Below are positions 24,228 through 32,508 of a stretch of 64,000 nt of DNA, piece by piece. Position numbers and translations under genes: made by a program. This stretch comes from Tepidiformaceae bacterium. Lineage in GTDB: Bacteria; Chloroflexota; Dehalococcoidia; Tepidiformales; Tepidiformaceae. The stretch spans positions 817,964 through 881,963 of the forward strand of contig OZ241859.1 in assembly GCA_965203115.1 (NCBI GenBank). The letters are read 5' to 3'. The notes under the pieces are model-generated. The model had not been told where the DNA came from and searched no databases. It saw only the letters and a program-made list of their open reading frames with translations. Every line of letters starts with the position of its first letter. Position 1 is the stretch's first letter.

Positions 24228-25370
24228 TTAACGGGATGCTTGAGCCGCCATCGCCGCCAGCGTTAGCTCCTGCGCCCGCACGAGTTCGTCCTCCGTGAAG
24301 CACGAGAATACCGCCCTGGTGCCCTCGGCAATAATGCGCAGAGCAGCGGGAGGCATCGCCTCCATGGCAGCGGGGTCGGAGGAGAGGAGGGGCAGGAACT
24401 CGGAGTTCTCCACGGCGTAGTTGGCTATACAGTTGGCGGACTCCGCAGTGAGTTCGCCGAGCACGCCCTCGATGGCTGCTACGTAGAGCGACGCGATGGT
24501 CGCGGGTGAGAGACAGGCCGCTGCGGGAGCGGCAGCCCTGACTCCGTCCAGCGGCTTGGCGGTGAGCAGAGTATTCATCTGCTGCTCGGAGAGAATCTCA
24601 CGCATGCACGCTTCTTCGGCATGAGGAAGCACAGCGACAAGGTCCGCCCCCGTCAACGAGGAGGCGCTGTCGATGGCGGCGTACGCCTGTAGGCCGAGTC
24701 GGAAACTCTCGGCATCCGTCAGGCAGTCCCAGTAGGCAAGGATGAATTCGTGCCTCTTACTGGTGCTGGTTGTCTCTTCTCCCTCCCACTCAACTCCCAT
24801 CTGGATGTAGGCGTTTTCAGGGTGTTGGAGCGAGAGGTCCGTGATGCACCTGCGACTGTCCTCGGAGCGTCCACCAGCGAAGGCATCGTTGGCCGCGACA
24901 ACGAACAGCACGACGTTCTCCGATTCCATGCAGCCGACCAGGGTGGCGGTGGCTTCGGAGCTGCCGCTCTGCAGGAGCGGTGCGGCGAGGAGTACCGCGT
25001 AGAGGGTTTCACCGACGGCGGCTCGGATGCAGTCCGTCTCGTCAGTGGAGAGCCGGTCCATCAGGTCCTTGCCGGTGGACGACTCGTCGATCACGAAGTC
25101 GCGCATCGATACTGTCGATTGCGCCATATCCGGCGTCGGGGACGGCGCAGGGGTAGGCTCCGGTGTCGGGCTCGGCGTGGCAGTGGGTGGAAGCGGCGTG
25201 GCGGTGGGCGTAGGGGTAGGCTCCGGTGTCGGGCTCGGCGTGGCGGTGGGCGGAAGCGGCGTGGCGGTGGGCGCAGGATCAGGTTCGCCCGCGCAGGCGG
25301 CGCTAACGGCAATCAGCGTGGCGAAAGCGACTACCAGGATAACGAGTCTCGGTTTGACTGCGTGGGTCAT
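24228..25370 (-). CDS. Lipoprotein with Pro/Thr-rich linker and repeated Cys-containing helical modules (hypothetical)
   Basis: ATG at 25370 gives the lipobox signal MTHAVKPRLVILVVAFATLIAVSAACAG. A PT linker follows. Recurring motifs include ...ETDCIRAA, SRRCITDL, EEACMREI, SANCIANY and VFSCFTED. By eye the gene has more A/T-ending codons than its neighbours. Confidence 0.7.
   Translation of the reverse strand: MTHAVKPRLVILVVAFATLIAVSAACAGEPDPAPTATPLPPTATPSPTPEPTPTPTATPLPPTATPSPTPEPTPAPSPTPDMAQSTVSMRDFVIDESSTGKDLMDRLSTDETDCIRAAVGETLYAVLLAAPLLQSGSSEATATLVGCMESENVVLFVVAANDAFAGGRSEDSRRCITDLSLQHPENAYIQMGVEWEGEETTSTSKRHEFILAYWDCLTDAESFRLGLQAYAAIDSASSLTGADLVAVLPHAEEACMREILSEQQMNTLLTAKPLDGVRAAAPAAACLSPATIASLYVAAIEGVLGELTAESANCIANYAVENSEFLPLLSSDPAAMEAMPPAALRIIAEGTRAVFSCFTEDELVRAQELTLAAMAAQASR
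25149..25274. repeat. 63-nt coding tandem repeat x2 (TATPLPPTATPSPTPEPTP[T/A]P)
   Basis: Units start at 25149 and 25212 (aggggtaggctccggtgtcgggctcggcgtggc...). Confidence 0.9.
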
Positions 25371-25429
25371 CGTTGTATCCGTATTTCTGGCAAATGCTCG
25401 GGGCAGGCATTGGCGGCCGGGACCGCCCA

Positions 25430-25585
25430 TCGGCCACGGTTCCCCGGCCCCGTGGGGCGTACAGGCAACCTGCAACCGGCGAATAGTCTAGCGATCGCTG
25501 AATGAACTCAGGGTGAAGCCACACCCTGATTCGATGAAGTGACGATGAATTCCGCCCCGAACGCTAGAATCATCCCCGGGCAGGC
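25430..25585 (+). repeat. Copy C of the conserved intergenic module
   Basis: It aligns with 21321-21475. Homology ends at gggcaggc, where a helicase fragment begins. Confidence 0.85.
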
Positions 25586-25588
25586 CTC

Positions 25589-26254
25589 GAGCTCGTGGAG
25601 TTCCCGACGGCCTGCTGGTTTGAAACCCACTACAGCGTCTACACCATGAGGCAGGCGTCACGGCACTCCTGGCGCATCGGGCAGACGGACCCCGTCCAGG
25701 TCGTCTTCATGGCCTACCGGAACACCCTTCAGGCGGACGCGCTCAAGCTCGTGGCGCAGAAGCTCCAGTCCTCCCTCGCCGTCGAGGGGGAGTTGCCGGA
25801 GGACGGCCTCGCCGCCTACGGGGACGACGGCGACGACCTGATGCTCCACGGCAAGATCGTCATGAACCTCGGCGGGGAGCTTTGGGCCTTCGTGAAGCCG
25901 AGGCGGCTCGGCGCGCTTCTAGCCTCGGACTCCGGCGTGTGGCTGGAGCGCGACCCGGACACGGTGCGCGAGCCCGACCTCGCCTTCACGGCGGCCGAGC
26001 GGCTCCCGCTCGATGCCTGGAACACGGGCTACTCCGAGGTGGTCCCTGACTTGGTGGTCGAGGTCGCATCTCCCAGCGACAGCCGTCGCGAACTCAACGA
26101 TAAGGCGCAGATGTGGCTGCGCCACGGTCCGGCTTCTGAGCTGCCGACGCGCCGTCGAGTCGTGGGCGCCCCATGTCGCCATGCCCCGTGCGAGGCACCG
26201 ACAGGTTTGCGTCGGGAGCCCGCACCGGCAACGGTGCGAACACGCACGCTGTAA
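25589..26254 (+). pseudogene. Chimeric remnant: C-terminal fragment of an SNF2/DEAD-like helicase fused to a degraded Uma2-family (DUF820) endonuclease
   Basis: ACWFETHYSVYTMRQASRHSWRIGQTDPVQVVFMAYRNTLQADALKLVAQKLQ is a helicase motif VI region. It is followed by ...REPDLAFTAAERLP...VVPDLVVEVASPSDSRRELNDKAQMWLRHG, an Uma2 PD-(D/E)xK core. There is no N-terminal helicase part, and the tail is out of frame. Confidence 0.6.
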
Positions 26255-26299
26255 GGGCGAAGGCAGGGCCCGCGCGAGAGACCAGGAGAGCCGGGTGCG

Positions 26300-26803
26300 C
26301 TAGCGCCCCCGGTTGTGCTCCATCGTCGCGTGGTTGGCCAGGATCTTCGAGGTCACGGCCCGCAGGGTCTCAAGCTCCGCCGGGCTGACGCCCGCCAGCA
26401 GCCTGGTCTCGTGCTGGGCGACGCGCTCGCGAAGCTCTTCCGTGAGCTCCTTGCCCTGGGGCGTCAGCCTCAGGAGCACGACCCGACGATCGTCGGTGCG
26501 CCGCCGCCGCCGCAGAAGCCCGCGGTCGACGAGCTTCGAGACGAGCCGGCTGATGCGCGGGGCATCGGCCGGAAGCACGTTGGCGAGCTGCGTCACCGTC
26601 CACTCGTTCTGCTCGGAGAACGACTTCAGGATCGAGAACTCCATGTTGATGAGGCCCGCCGGCGCGATTTGCCGTTCGGACCCCTTCACCACGGCGCTCA
26701 CAAGTTGCGAGACGCCCTCCGCTAGTTCAGGAGCCGACGACCCTTCATCCGAAAGGTCCCCTGCCCGTTCTGTATCAGCTGTATTAGTTATGTTCGTAGA
26801 CAC
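26300..26803 (-). CDS. MarR-family transcriptional regulator
   Basis: 167 aa with a winged HTH (WTVTQLANVLPADAPRISRLVSKLVDRGLLRRRRRTDDRRVVLLRLTPQG). Confidence 0.85.
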   Translation of the reverse strand: MSTNITNTADTERAGDLSDEGSSAPELAEGVSQLVSAVVKGSERQIAPAGLINMEFSILKSFSEQNEWTVTQLANVLPADAPRISRLVSKLVDRGLLRRRRRTDDRRVVLLRLTPQGKELTEELRERVAQHETRLLAGVSPAELETLRAVTSKILANHATMEHNRGR

Positions 26804-26905
26804 CGGTCACTCCAGCAATTGGTGCTTGGCGAATTATGTCCCACTTCATAGTCCCGCGCACACGCGAGGTCGGTCAAATGTGTGAGCATGCTGACATTCT
26901 GGACC

Positions 26906-26935
26906 GAAAATGCCGCCTCGCATAGGCCTGCGAGG
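26906..26935 (-). terminator. Possible intrinsic terminator after the BtuFCD-like operon
   Basis: The minus strand reads CCUCGCAggccuaUGCGAGGcggcauuuucgg, a 7-bp stem followed by a partial U-tract, about 160 nt after the stop at 27099. Confidence 0.35.
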
Positions 26936-27098
26936 AGATTTGACACCTTTTAGGCGCAAAGAGACCCCTTTCTGGTGGTTTTCGCACTCGCCGGCGCCCG
27001 ATCATGGGCCATCCTTCCGTCCGGGAGCGGTACGCCTGACATGATCGTGCCCCCTGTGCTTGACATATGGCGAGGCAGCCCCGTTCTCGTCGCCGCCG

Positions 27099-27962
27099 TC
27101 AGCTTCGGGAGGCACTGGTCACGCGGTCGCCGGCCGCCTCGCGAGCGGTCGCGTCGCCGTTCGCCGCCGGCCCGATCAGGCTGACCGCCAGCGCCTCCGT
27201 CACCGGGTCGCGGTACACGGCCGAACGCACCCCGAAGGCCGACTCGATCGTCTCCGGGGTCAGCACCTCCTCCGGCGGCCCCTCCGTGACGACCGCGCCG
27301 TTGCTGATCAGCACGAGCCGGTCGCAGTAGCGGGCGGCCAGGTTCAGGTCGTGGATGGCCGCGATGGCCGTGAGCCCGTCGTCGACGATCCGGCGCACCA
27401 GCCCGAGGATCGTGAGCTGGTGCAGGATGTCGAGGTTCGAGGTCGGTTCGTCCAGCAGCAGGATGCGGGGCTGCTGGGCCAGCGCCCGCGCGAGGAACAC
27501 GCGCTGGCGCTCGCCACCCGACAGCGTCTCCAGCGTCCGCTGCTCGAACTGGTCCGTCTCGGTGAGCCGCATCGCCTCCCGGGCGATGCGGTCGTCGGCC
27601 TGTCCCTCCACCTGGAACCGTCCCAGGTGCGGGTAGCGCCCCATCAGGACCAGCTCGAAGGCCGTGAAGCCCTGCGTGTAGGGCGCGATCTGCGGGACCA
27701 GCGCGAGCATCGCCGCGACATCCCGCGCGGGCATGGCGGAGAGGTCGGCGCCCTCCAGCCAGACCGCCCCCTCCTGGTGCCGGATCACCCCGGACAGCGT
27801 CCGCAGCAGGGTCGACTTGCCCGCCCCGTTCGGGCCGATCAGCCCGACGAATTGCCCCCGCTCGGCGCGCATATCGACGCGGTCCAGCAGCGTCTTCGCC
27901 TCGACGCTGAAGGAGACGCCGTGTGCGTCAACCGGTGCGGGGGAGTTGCCGTTCGCGTTCAT
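27099..27962 (-). CDS. ABC transporter ATP-binding protein (FecE/BtuD family)
   Basis: ATG at 27962 (MNANGNS...). It has Walker A GPNGAGKST, signature LSGGERQR and Walker B LLLDEP. Confidence 0.9.
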   Translation of the reverse strand: MNANGNSPAPVDAHGVSFSVEAKTLLDRVDMRAERGQFVGLIGPNGAGKSTLLRTLSGVIRHQEGAVWLEGADLSAMPARDVAAMLALVPQIAPYTQGFTAFELVLMGRYPHLGRFQVEGQADDRIAREAMRLTETDQFEQRTLETLSGGERQRVFLARALAQQPRILLLDEPTSNLDILHQLTILGLVRRIVDDGLTAIAAIHDLNLAARYCDRLVLISNGAVVTEGPPEEVLTPETIESAFGVRSAVYRDPVTEALAVSLIGPAANGDATAREAAGDRVTSASRS

Positions 27963-27970
27963 GTCGTCAC

Positions 27971-29188
27971 CTACTCGGCCAGGCTGAAGGATTCCGCCGG
28001 CGGATCGGGGAAGTCGTCCGGCCACATCATGCGGGCCAGGTCCTCCGCCCCGCGAATGTTCCAGTACGAGAGCGTCGTGAAGTGCTTGCTCTCCACGATG
28101 AAGACGGCCTCGTTCTTGATCGCGGGAAGCTCCGCCAGCGCTTCGCGCTCCAGCAGGCTCTGCCGGAACTCCTCCGCGCCGAACGCCACCGGCTGGGGAA
28201 TGATGATGATGTCCGGGGCCATGGCGATCACGCCCTCGAGGCTGGTCGTCTGGTTGCCCGTGACGCCCGCCTCCGCGGCGGCGTTGAGGCCACCGGCGGC
28301 GAGGATGACCCCGCCCTCGGTCGACCCCTCGCCCGCCACCCAGAGCGTGTCCGAGTACTGCGTGAGGGCGAGCACGCGCGGCTTCGGCTCCTTCGCGCTC
28401 GTGATCGCCACGAGCGCGTCGTAGCGCGCCTCAACCTCGTCGGCGAACTCGGAGGCGCGCTCCTCCTCGCCGTAGATGTAGCCCATGAGCAGGATCGCGT
28501 TGATGCGCGCCTCCGATCCTTGCTCCAGCTCCGTCTGGATGACGGGGATGCCCGCCCGGATCAGGGCCTCCACGACCTCGATCGGGAACCAGGGGCTCGT
28601 TACCACGATGTCCGGCGACTGCGCGATGATGACCTCCGGATCCCGCGAAATCTCCGCCTTCTCCTGCACCAGGTGCGCGACGTTCGAGTACGTCTCGTCC
28701 TTCGACACGGCGCCCACGGCCACGAGCCGCTCGCTCGGCACGATCGCCAGCGTCATCTCGTCGTGCCCGATCGAGGCCGTGATGATCCGCAGCGGCTTGG
28801 CGGGGATGCTGACGACCCCGTTCAGCCCCTCGACCTCGCGTGGCCAGCCCATGTTCGTGGGGTCCACGATCCCGCGCACGCCCTCGAGCGAGCGCGCCGC
28901 CGGCGTCGGCTCCGGCGTCGCGACGGGCGTTGGCTCCGGCGTCGCTTCGGGTGTCGCCGCCGGCGCCTCGGTTGACGCTTCGGTGGGCGCCGCGGTCGGC
29001 GCTTCCGTCGGTTCGGGCGTCGCCGCGGGGGTCGCCGCTTCCGTGGCGACCGGCGTCGGTTGAGGCGCTTCTTCGTCGTCGGAGCAGGCGGCAAGAGCCA
29101 GCCCGAGGGCGAAGAAGGCCACTGGGACGACCAGGAGGCGAAGTGGTCTGAAGGGCACGAGTTCTCCTTTTGACCGGCGTGCGTTCAC
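27971..29188 (-). CDS. ABC substrate-binding lipoprotein (BtuF/FecB cluster A family) with long Ala/Thr/Pro/Glu linker
   Basis: The lipobox is FFALGLALAACSDD, followed by a low-complexity ATPEPTEAPT linker and a periplasmic-binding-protein type 2 body. Confidence 0.85.
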   Translation of the reverse strand: MNARRSKGELVPFRPLRLLVVPVAFFALGLALAACSDDEEAPQPTPVATEAATPAATPEPTEAPTAAPTEASTEAPAATPEATPEPTPVATPEPTPAARSLEGVRGIVDPTNMGWPREVEGLNGVVSIPAKPLRIITASIGHDEMTLAIVPSERLVAVGAVSKDETYSNVAHLVQEKAEISRDPEVIIAQSPDIVVTSPWFPIEVVEALIRAGIPVIQTELEQGSEARINAILLMGYIYGEEERASEFADEVEARYDALVAITSAKEPKPRVLALTQYSDTLWVAGEGSTEGGVILAAGGLNAAAEAGVTGNQTTSLEGVIAMAPDIIIIPQPVAFGAEEFRQSLLEREALAELPAIKNEAVFIVESKHFTTLSYWNIRGAEDLARMMWPDDFPDPPAESFSLAE

Positions 29189-30261
29189 AGGGCGTACACC
29201 TGCCGCTTGTTCTTGATGAGCAGGGCGATGAAGAACGGCGCTCCCACGAACGCCGTGAGGATTCCCACGCGGAGCTCCGCCGGCTGGATGACCATCCGGG
29301 CGACGGTGTCGGCGACCATCACGAAGACGGCGCCGCCCAGCGCGCTCATGGGGATGAGCACGCGGTTGTCCGGCCCCAGCACGAGCCGCAGCACGTGCGG
29401 GACCACCAGCCCCACGAACGCGATCGTGCCGCTCACGGCAACCGCCGCGCCCGTGGCCAGCGCCGATATCGCGAGCAGCGCCACGCGCGTCACGCCCACG
29501 CGCACGCCCATCGAGCGCGCTTCGTCGTCGCCCAGCATCAGCAGGTTCAGGTCGCGCGCCATGATCAGGAGCACGACCGTGCTCCCCAGGATGAGGGGCC
29601 CGGCGATGCGCACATGCTCCCAGGCGCGGGCGTCGAGGCCTCCCGCCAGCCAGAACAGGACCTCCCGGAGCGCCTCGTTGTCGGGCAGGAAGATGATGAT
29701 CGCGGAGACGATCGCCCCCAGGAACGCGTTCACGGCGACGCCCGCCAGCAGCAGCGTCGCCATCGAGAAGTGCCCCCCGACGACGGCGATGCCGTAGACG
29801 AGGAAGGCCGCCGCGATCGCCCCCGCGAAGGCGAAGACCGGCAGCGCCAGGAAGAAGAGCCCGGTGAGCCCCCCCGCGATCGCGATGACGGCTCCCAGCG
29901 CCCCGCCCGCCGAGACGCCGATGATGCCCGGGTCCGCCATGGGATTGCGGAACAGGCCCTGCATCGTCGCGCCCGCGACCCCCAGCGCCATCCCCACCGC
30001 CGCCCCGACGATGATCCGCGGCAGCCGGATCTGCTCGATCACGAGCTGCTCCGTCCGCCCGAAGTCGGGCGTGGCGAACCCGATCGCGGATAGCACGATC
30101 CAGGCGACGTCGCCGACGGAGATGTCGACCGGCCCGAGGCTGAGGGAGATCAGGCCGACCACGATCACGAGCGCCAGCAGGATCGTCCCGCCGATCGCCA
30201 GCCGGACGCCGACGCCCATCCGGCGGTAGCTGCGCAGGGTCGTGAGTGCGCCGGCCTGCAA
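29185..30261 (-). CDS. FecCD/BtuC-family ABC permease
   Basis: 358 aa, multi-TM, FecCD-like. The track start is TTG 30261, which directly abuts the terminator U-tract, so an internal ATG (30219, MGVGV...) is an alternative start. Confidence 0.85.
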   Translation of the reverse strand: MQAGALTTLRSYRRMGVGVRLAIGGTILLALVIVVGLISLSLGPVDISVGDVAWIVLSAIGFATPDFGRTEQLVIEQIRLPRIIVGAAVGMALGVAGATMQGLFRNPMADPGIIGVSAGGALGAVIAIAGGLTGLFFLALPVFAFAGAIAAAFLVYGIAVVGGHFSMATLLLAGVAVNAFLGAIVSAIIIFLPDNEALREVLFWLAGGLDARAWEHVRIAGPLILGSTVVLLIMARDLNLLMLGDDEARSMGVRVGVTRVALLAISALATGAAVAVSGTIAFVGLVVPHVLRLVLGPDNRVLIPMSALGGAVFVMVADTVARMVIQPAELRVGILTAFVGAPFFIALLIKNKRQVYAL

Positions 30262-30263
30262 CG

Positions 30264-30293
30264 AAAAACCTCCAGCGTCTCTCCGCTGGAGGT
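30264..30293 (-). terminator. Riboswitch expression-platform terminator
   Basis: The minus strand reads accuCCAGCGgagagaCGCUGGaggUUUUUcg, with a 9-bp stem (30269-30277/30284-30292) and a U5 run. Confidence 0.6.
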
Positions 30294-30344
30294 ACCTTCT
30301 TCGACCGTTCCGGTTCGGTGCCCGGAGATCGAGGGCACCTCTCT

Positions 30345-30515
30345 ATGGCGGAGAGATGTCTCCTCTCGTCCAGGCAGGTCTCCTGGCTTACGGGCTGGAT
30401 GTGCGCCGTGCCCTTCCCATCGGTTCCCCGACAGTGGGCGCCGGCTCCGTCTTCCCGATTACAGTGGCGCTACCGCGGCGGAATCTCACCGCCTTCCCTA
30501 TTCTCCCGGGACGGG
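30345..30515 (-). promoter_or_regulatory. Cobalamin (B12) riboswitch
   Basis: The minus strand reads gagaAUAGGGAAGgcGGUGAGAuuCCgccGCGGUAGCGCCACUGUaaucgGGAAG...GGGAAGG...AGCCAGGAGACCUGCC (B12 box at about 30373-30388). It lies upstream of the BtuFCD-like operon. Confidence 0.85.
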
Positions 30516-30621
30516 CACCTGGACGAACAAAGCCATCGCGAGCGTATGGCCGCACCGCTCGCCCGTCAAGGATGTTCGCGAGGACGCCGCGGGGCAGGGG
30601 TCGCGCGGGTCACGACTGCGA

Positions 30622-31014
30622 CTAGCGCAGGAGCACAACCTCGATGCCCGGCCCGAGGTCGAGGTCGCTCCAGGCCCGATCGGCGGTGAGGACGGGAAGG
30701 TTGCGCTCCCGCCCGAGCGCGAGGCACGCGCGATCGCCGAACGACAGGCCCGCGATGCGGCTGGCGGCTCGCAGCATCCCCGCCGAGTAGGCGGCAGTCT
30801 CGTCGAAGGGGATGCAGGGCACACCCAGCAGGCCGATCGATCTGCCGATGGCCTCTTCGGAGAGTCCCGTCTCCGCCAACTTCGCGGTCACCTCGGAGAG
30901 GTTGACCGTGCTCATCACAGCGCCGTCCACTACTGCTTGCGCCACCCGGTCGCCTCCCTGTTCCCCGTGGATCAGGGCAAGCAGAGCCGATGCATCAAGT
31001 ACCCAGTTACTCAC
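30622..31014 (-). CDS. vapC: PIN-domain toxin (VapC family)
   Basis: 130 aa. It has the N-terminal WVLDASALLAL acidic motif and C-terminal LSFGDRACLAL...LTADRAW. Confidence 0.85.
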   Translation of the reverse strand: MSNWVLDASALLALIHGEQGGDRVAQAVVDGAVMSTVNLSEVTAKLAETGLSEEAIGRSIGLLGVPCIPFDETAAYSAGMLRAASRIAGLSFGDRACLALGRERNLPVLTADRAWSDLDLGPGIEVVLLR

Positions 31015-31255
31015 GCGCCGCTTCCGCGCGACGCTCTGCGATCAGTTCATCAACCAGCGAGCGATCGTCTCCTACGTGCTTCCTCACCATCTCCTGTGCG
31101 CGCTTGAAGCCCTCCTTCTGGCTGATGAGTTGCAGTTCGTTCCCCTCCAGTATGAGGACCACCGTGTCGCCCCCTTGCAGTCCGAGGGCTTGCCGGTGCG
31201 CGGCGGGGATAACCACCCTTCCGTGCTTGTCTATGGTTGTCGTGCACAGTTCCAT
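31007..31255 (-). CDS. vapB: AbrB/MazE/SpoVT-type antitoxin (VapB-like)
   Basis: MELCTTTIDKHGRVVIPAAHRQALGLQGGDTVVL is a SpoVT/AbrB swapped-hairpin motif. It overlaps vapC by 8 nt. The longer track ORF up to 31396 would run through a tRNA, so it was trimmed to ATG 31255. Confidence 0.75.
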   Translation of the reverse strand: MELCTTTIDKHGRVVIPAAHRQALGLQGGDTVVLILEGNELQLISQKEGFKRAQEMVRKHVGDDRSLVDELIAERRAEAARE

Positions 31256-31326
31256 CCGGCACATCCCTCTCTTCATGGCACGCGGTGCACCATGTGCCAT
31301 ATCAAGACCATTGTGCCAGAAAGGGC

Positions 31327-31412
31327 TGGTACCGGGGGAGGGATTCGAACCCTCACGCCTTTCGGCCACGGATTTTAAGTCCGCTGCGTCTGCCAAGTTC
31401 CGCCACCCCAGC
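31327..31412 (-). tRNA. tRNA-Leu (anticodon UAA), long variable arm
   Basis: The reverse complement is gctggggtggcggaacttggcagacgcaGCGGAcuUAAaaTCCGTggccgaaaggcgtgagggttcgaatccctcccccggtacca. Confidence 0.9.
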
Positions 31413-31462
31413 GCCTGCCAGTGATCATAGGCGCTCCCGGCAACCCTGCGCCGGAGCGCCCG

Positions 31463-32440
31463 CTACCGGGCCTCCCACTGCCCCTCGGCCTCCCGCGCCT
31501 CGCCCCGCGACGCCAGCAGGTCGAGCTGGCCCTGCACGCTCGACGCCGTCTGCCAGAAGCGGCGCTCGGCGCCGCGCGGGAAGAGCCGCGCGCAGAGCTC
31601 GTACACCGTCGCCGGACCGCCCTCCCGGAGGGACTCCCGCACCCGCGAGCAGCGCCGCTCGATGCGCGCCAGCGCCCCCGCCAGTTCCTCGCCCGCCCCG
31701 TCGAACGGCTCCCCGTGTCCCGGGAAGCAGCGCGTGAACCCGCCCTCCGCCAGCCGCTCGAGGGAGGCCGCGAAGTGCGCCAGCGTGGGGAAACGCCGCA
31801 GCCCCTCCCCCTCCGCCACGAACTGGATCGCCGGCAGCGGGTCGACGTCCGGCAGGAGCTGGTCGCCCGAGAAGAGCCACCCCTCCTCCGGAACCGCCAG
31901 CACGACGTTCCCCGGGGTGTGCCCCGGCGATGCCAGGACCTCGACGCCCCCGACCTCTGCGTCGCCCTCGACGAACCGGTCCGCCTCGAACGGCGGGTAG
32001 CGCAGCCCCGTGGGCCAGCGCACGCCGTCCACCGGGTACTCCGCCGATTCCGCCGCGCGCCGCGCCGCCGCCCGGCGCGACTCCACCCGCTCCCGCACGT
32101 GCGCGAGCGTCTCCGGCGGCGCGCCCGTGCTCGCCGCCCAGCCCAGCATCGCCTCCGTCTCCGCCGGCGACTGCAGCAGGGGGCGCGCCGTCAGGGGGCT
32201 ATCGTCCTTCCCCACCCAGACGGGAACCCCGGCCTCCTGCCAGCGCCGCCCCAGACCGGCGTGGTCGTGGTGCCCGTGCGTCGCGATGACCATGTCCGGC
32301 AGGTCGTGCCCGAGCCCTTCCCGCAGCGCTTCCCAGGCCCCGGCGAAGTCGGGGCCGGTATCTACGAGCAGGCGGGCGCCGCCCCGCTCGACGAGGTGCA
32401 CGGTGTTGTCGCCCAGCGCGATCGAGCGCACGTCGGCCAT
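31463..32440 (-). CDS. MBL-fold metallo-hydrolase
   Basis: 325 aa with the HxHxDH motif (THGHHDHAG). Confidence 0.85.
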   Translation of the reverse strand: MADVRSIALGDNTVHLVERGGARLLVDTGPDFAGAWEALREGLGHDLPDMVIATHGHHDHAGLGRRWQEAGVPVWVGKDDSPLTARPLLQSPAETEAMLGWAASTGAPPETLAHVRERVESRRAAARRAAESAEYPVDGVRWPTGLRYPPFEADRFVEGDAEVGGVEVLASPGHTPGNVVLAVPEEGWLFSGDQLLPDVDPLPAIQFVAEGEGLRRFPTLAHFAASLERLAEGGFTRCFPGHGEPFDGAGEELAGALARIERRCSRVRESLREGGPATVYELCARLFPRGAERRFWQTASSVQGQLDLLASRGEAREAEGQWEAR

Positions 32441-32508
32441 GCCCTCAGTTTGCCACGCGAGTCGCGCCGGTCCTGCTCAACGCCTACGATCGCCTCCCAG
32501 GGGGCCCC

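Noticed and set aside
31256-31396. Extended N-terminus of the AbrB-type antitoxin ORF (track start 31396)
   Set aside because: The extension runs antisense through tRNA-Leu(UAA) (31327-31412). The conserved antitoxin fold begins at MELCTTTIDKHGR.
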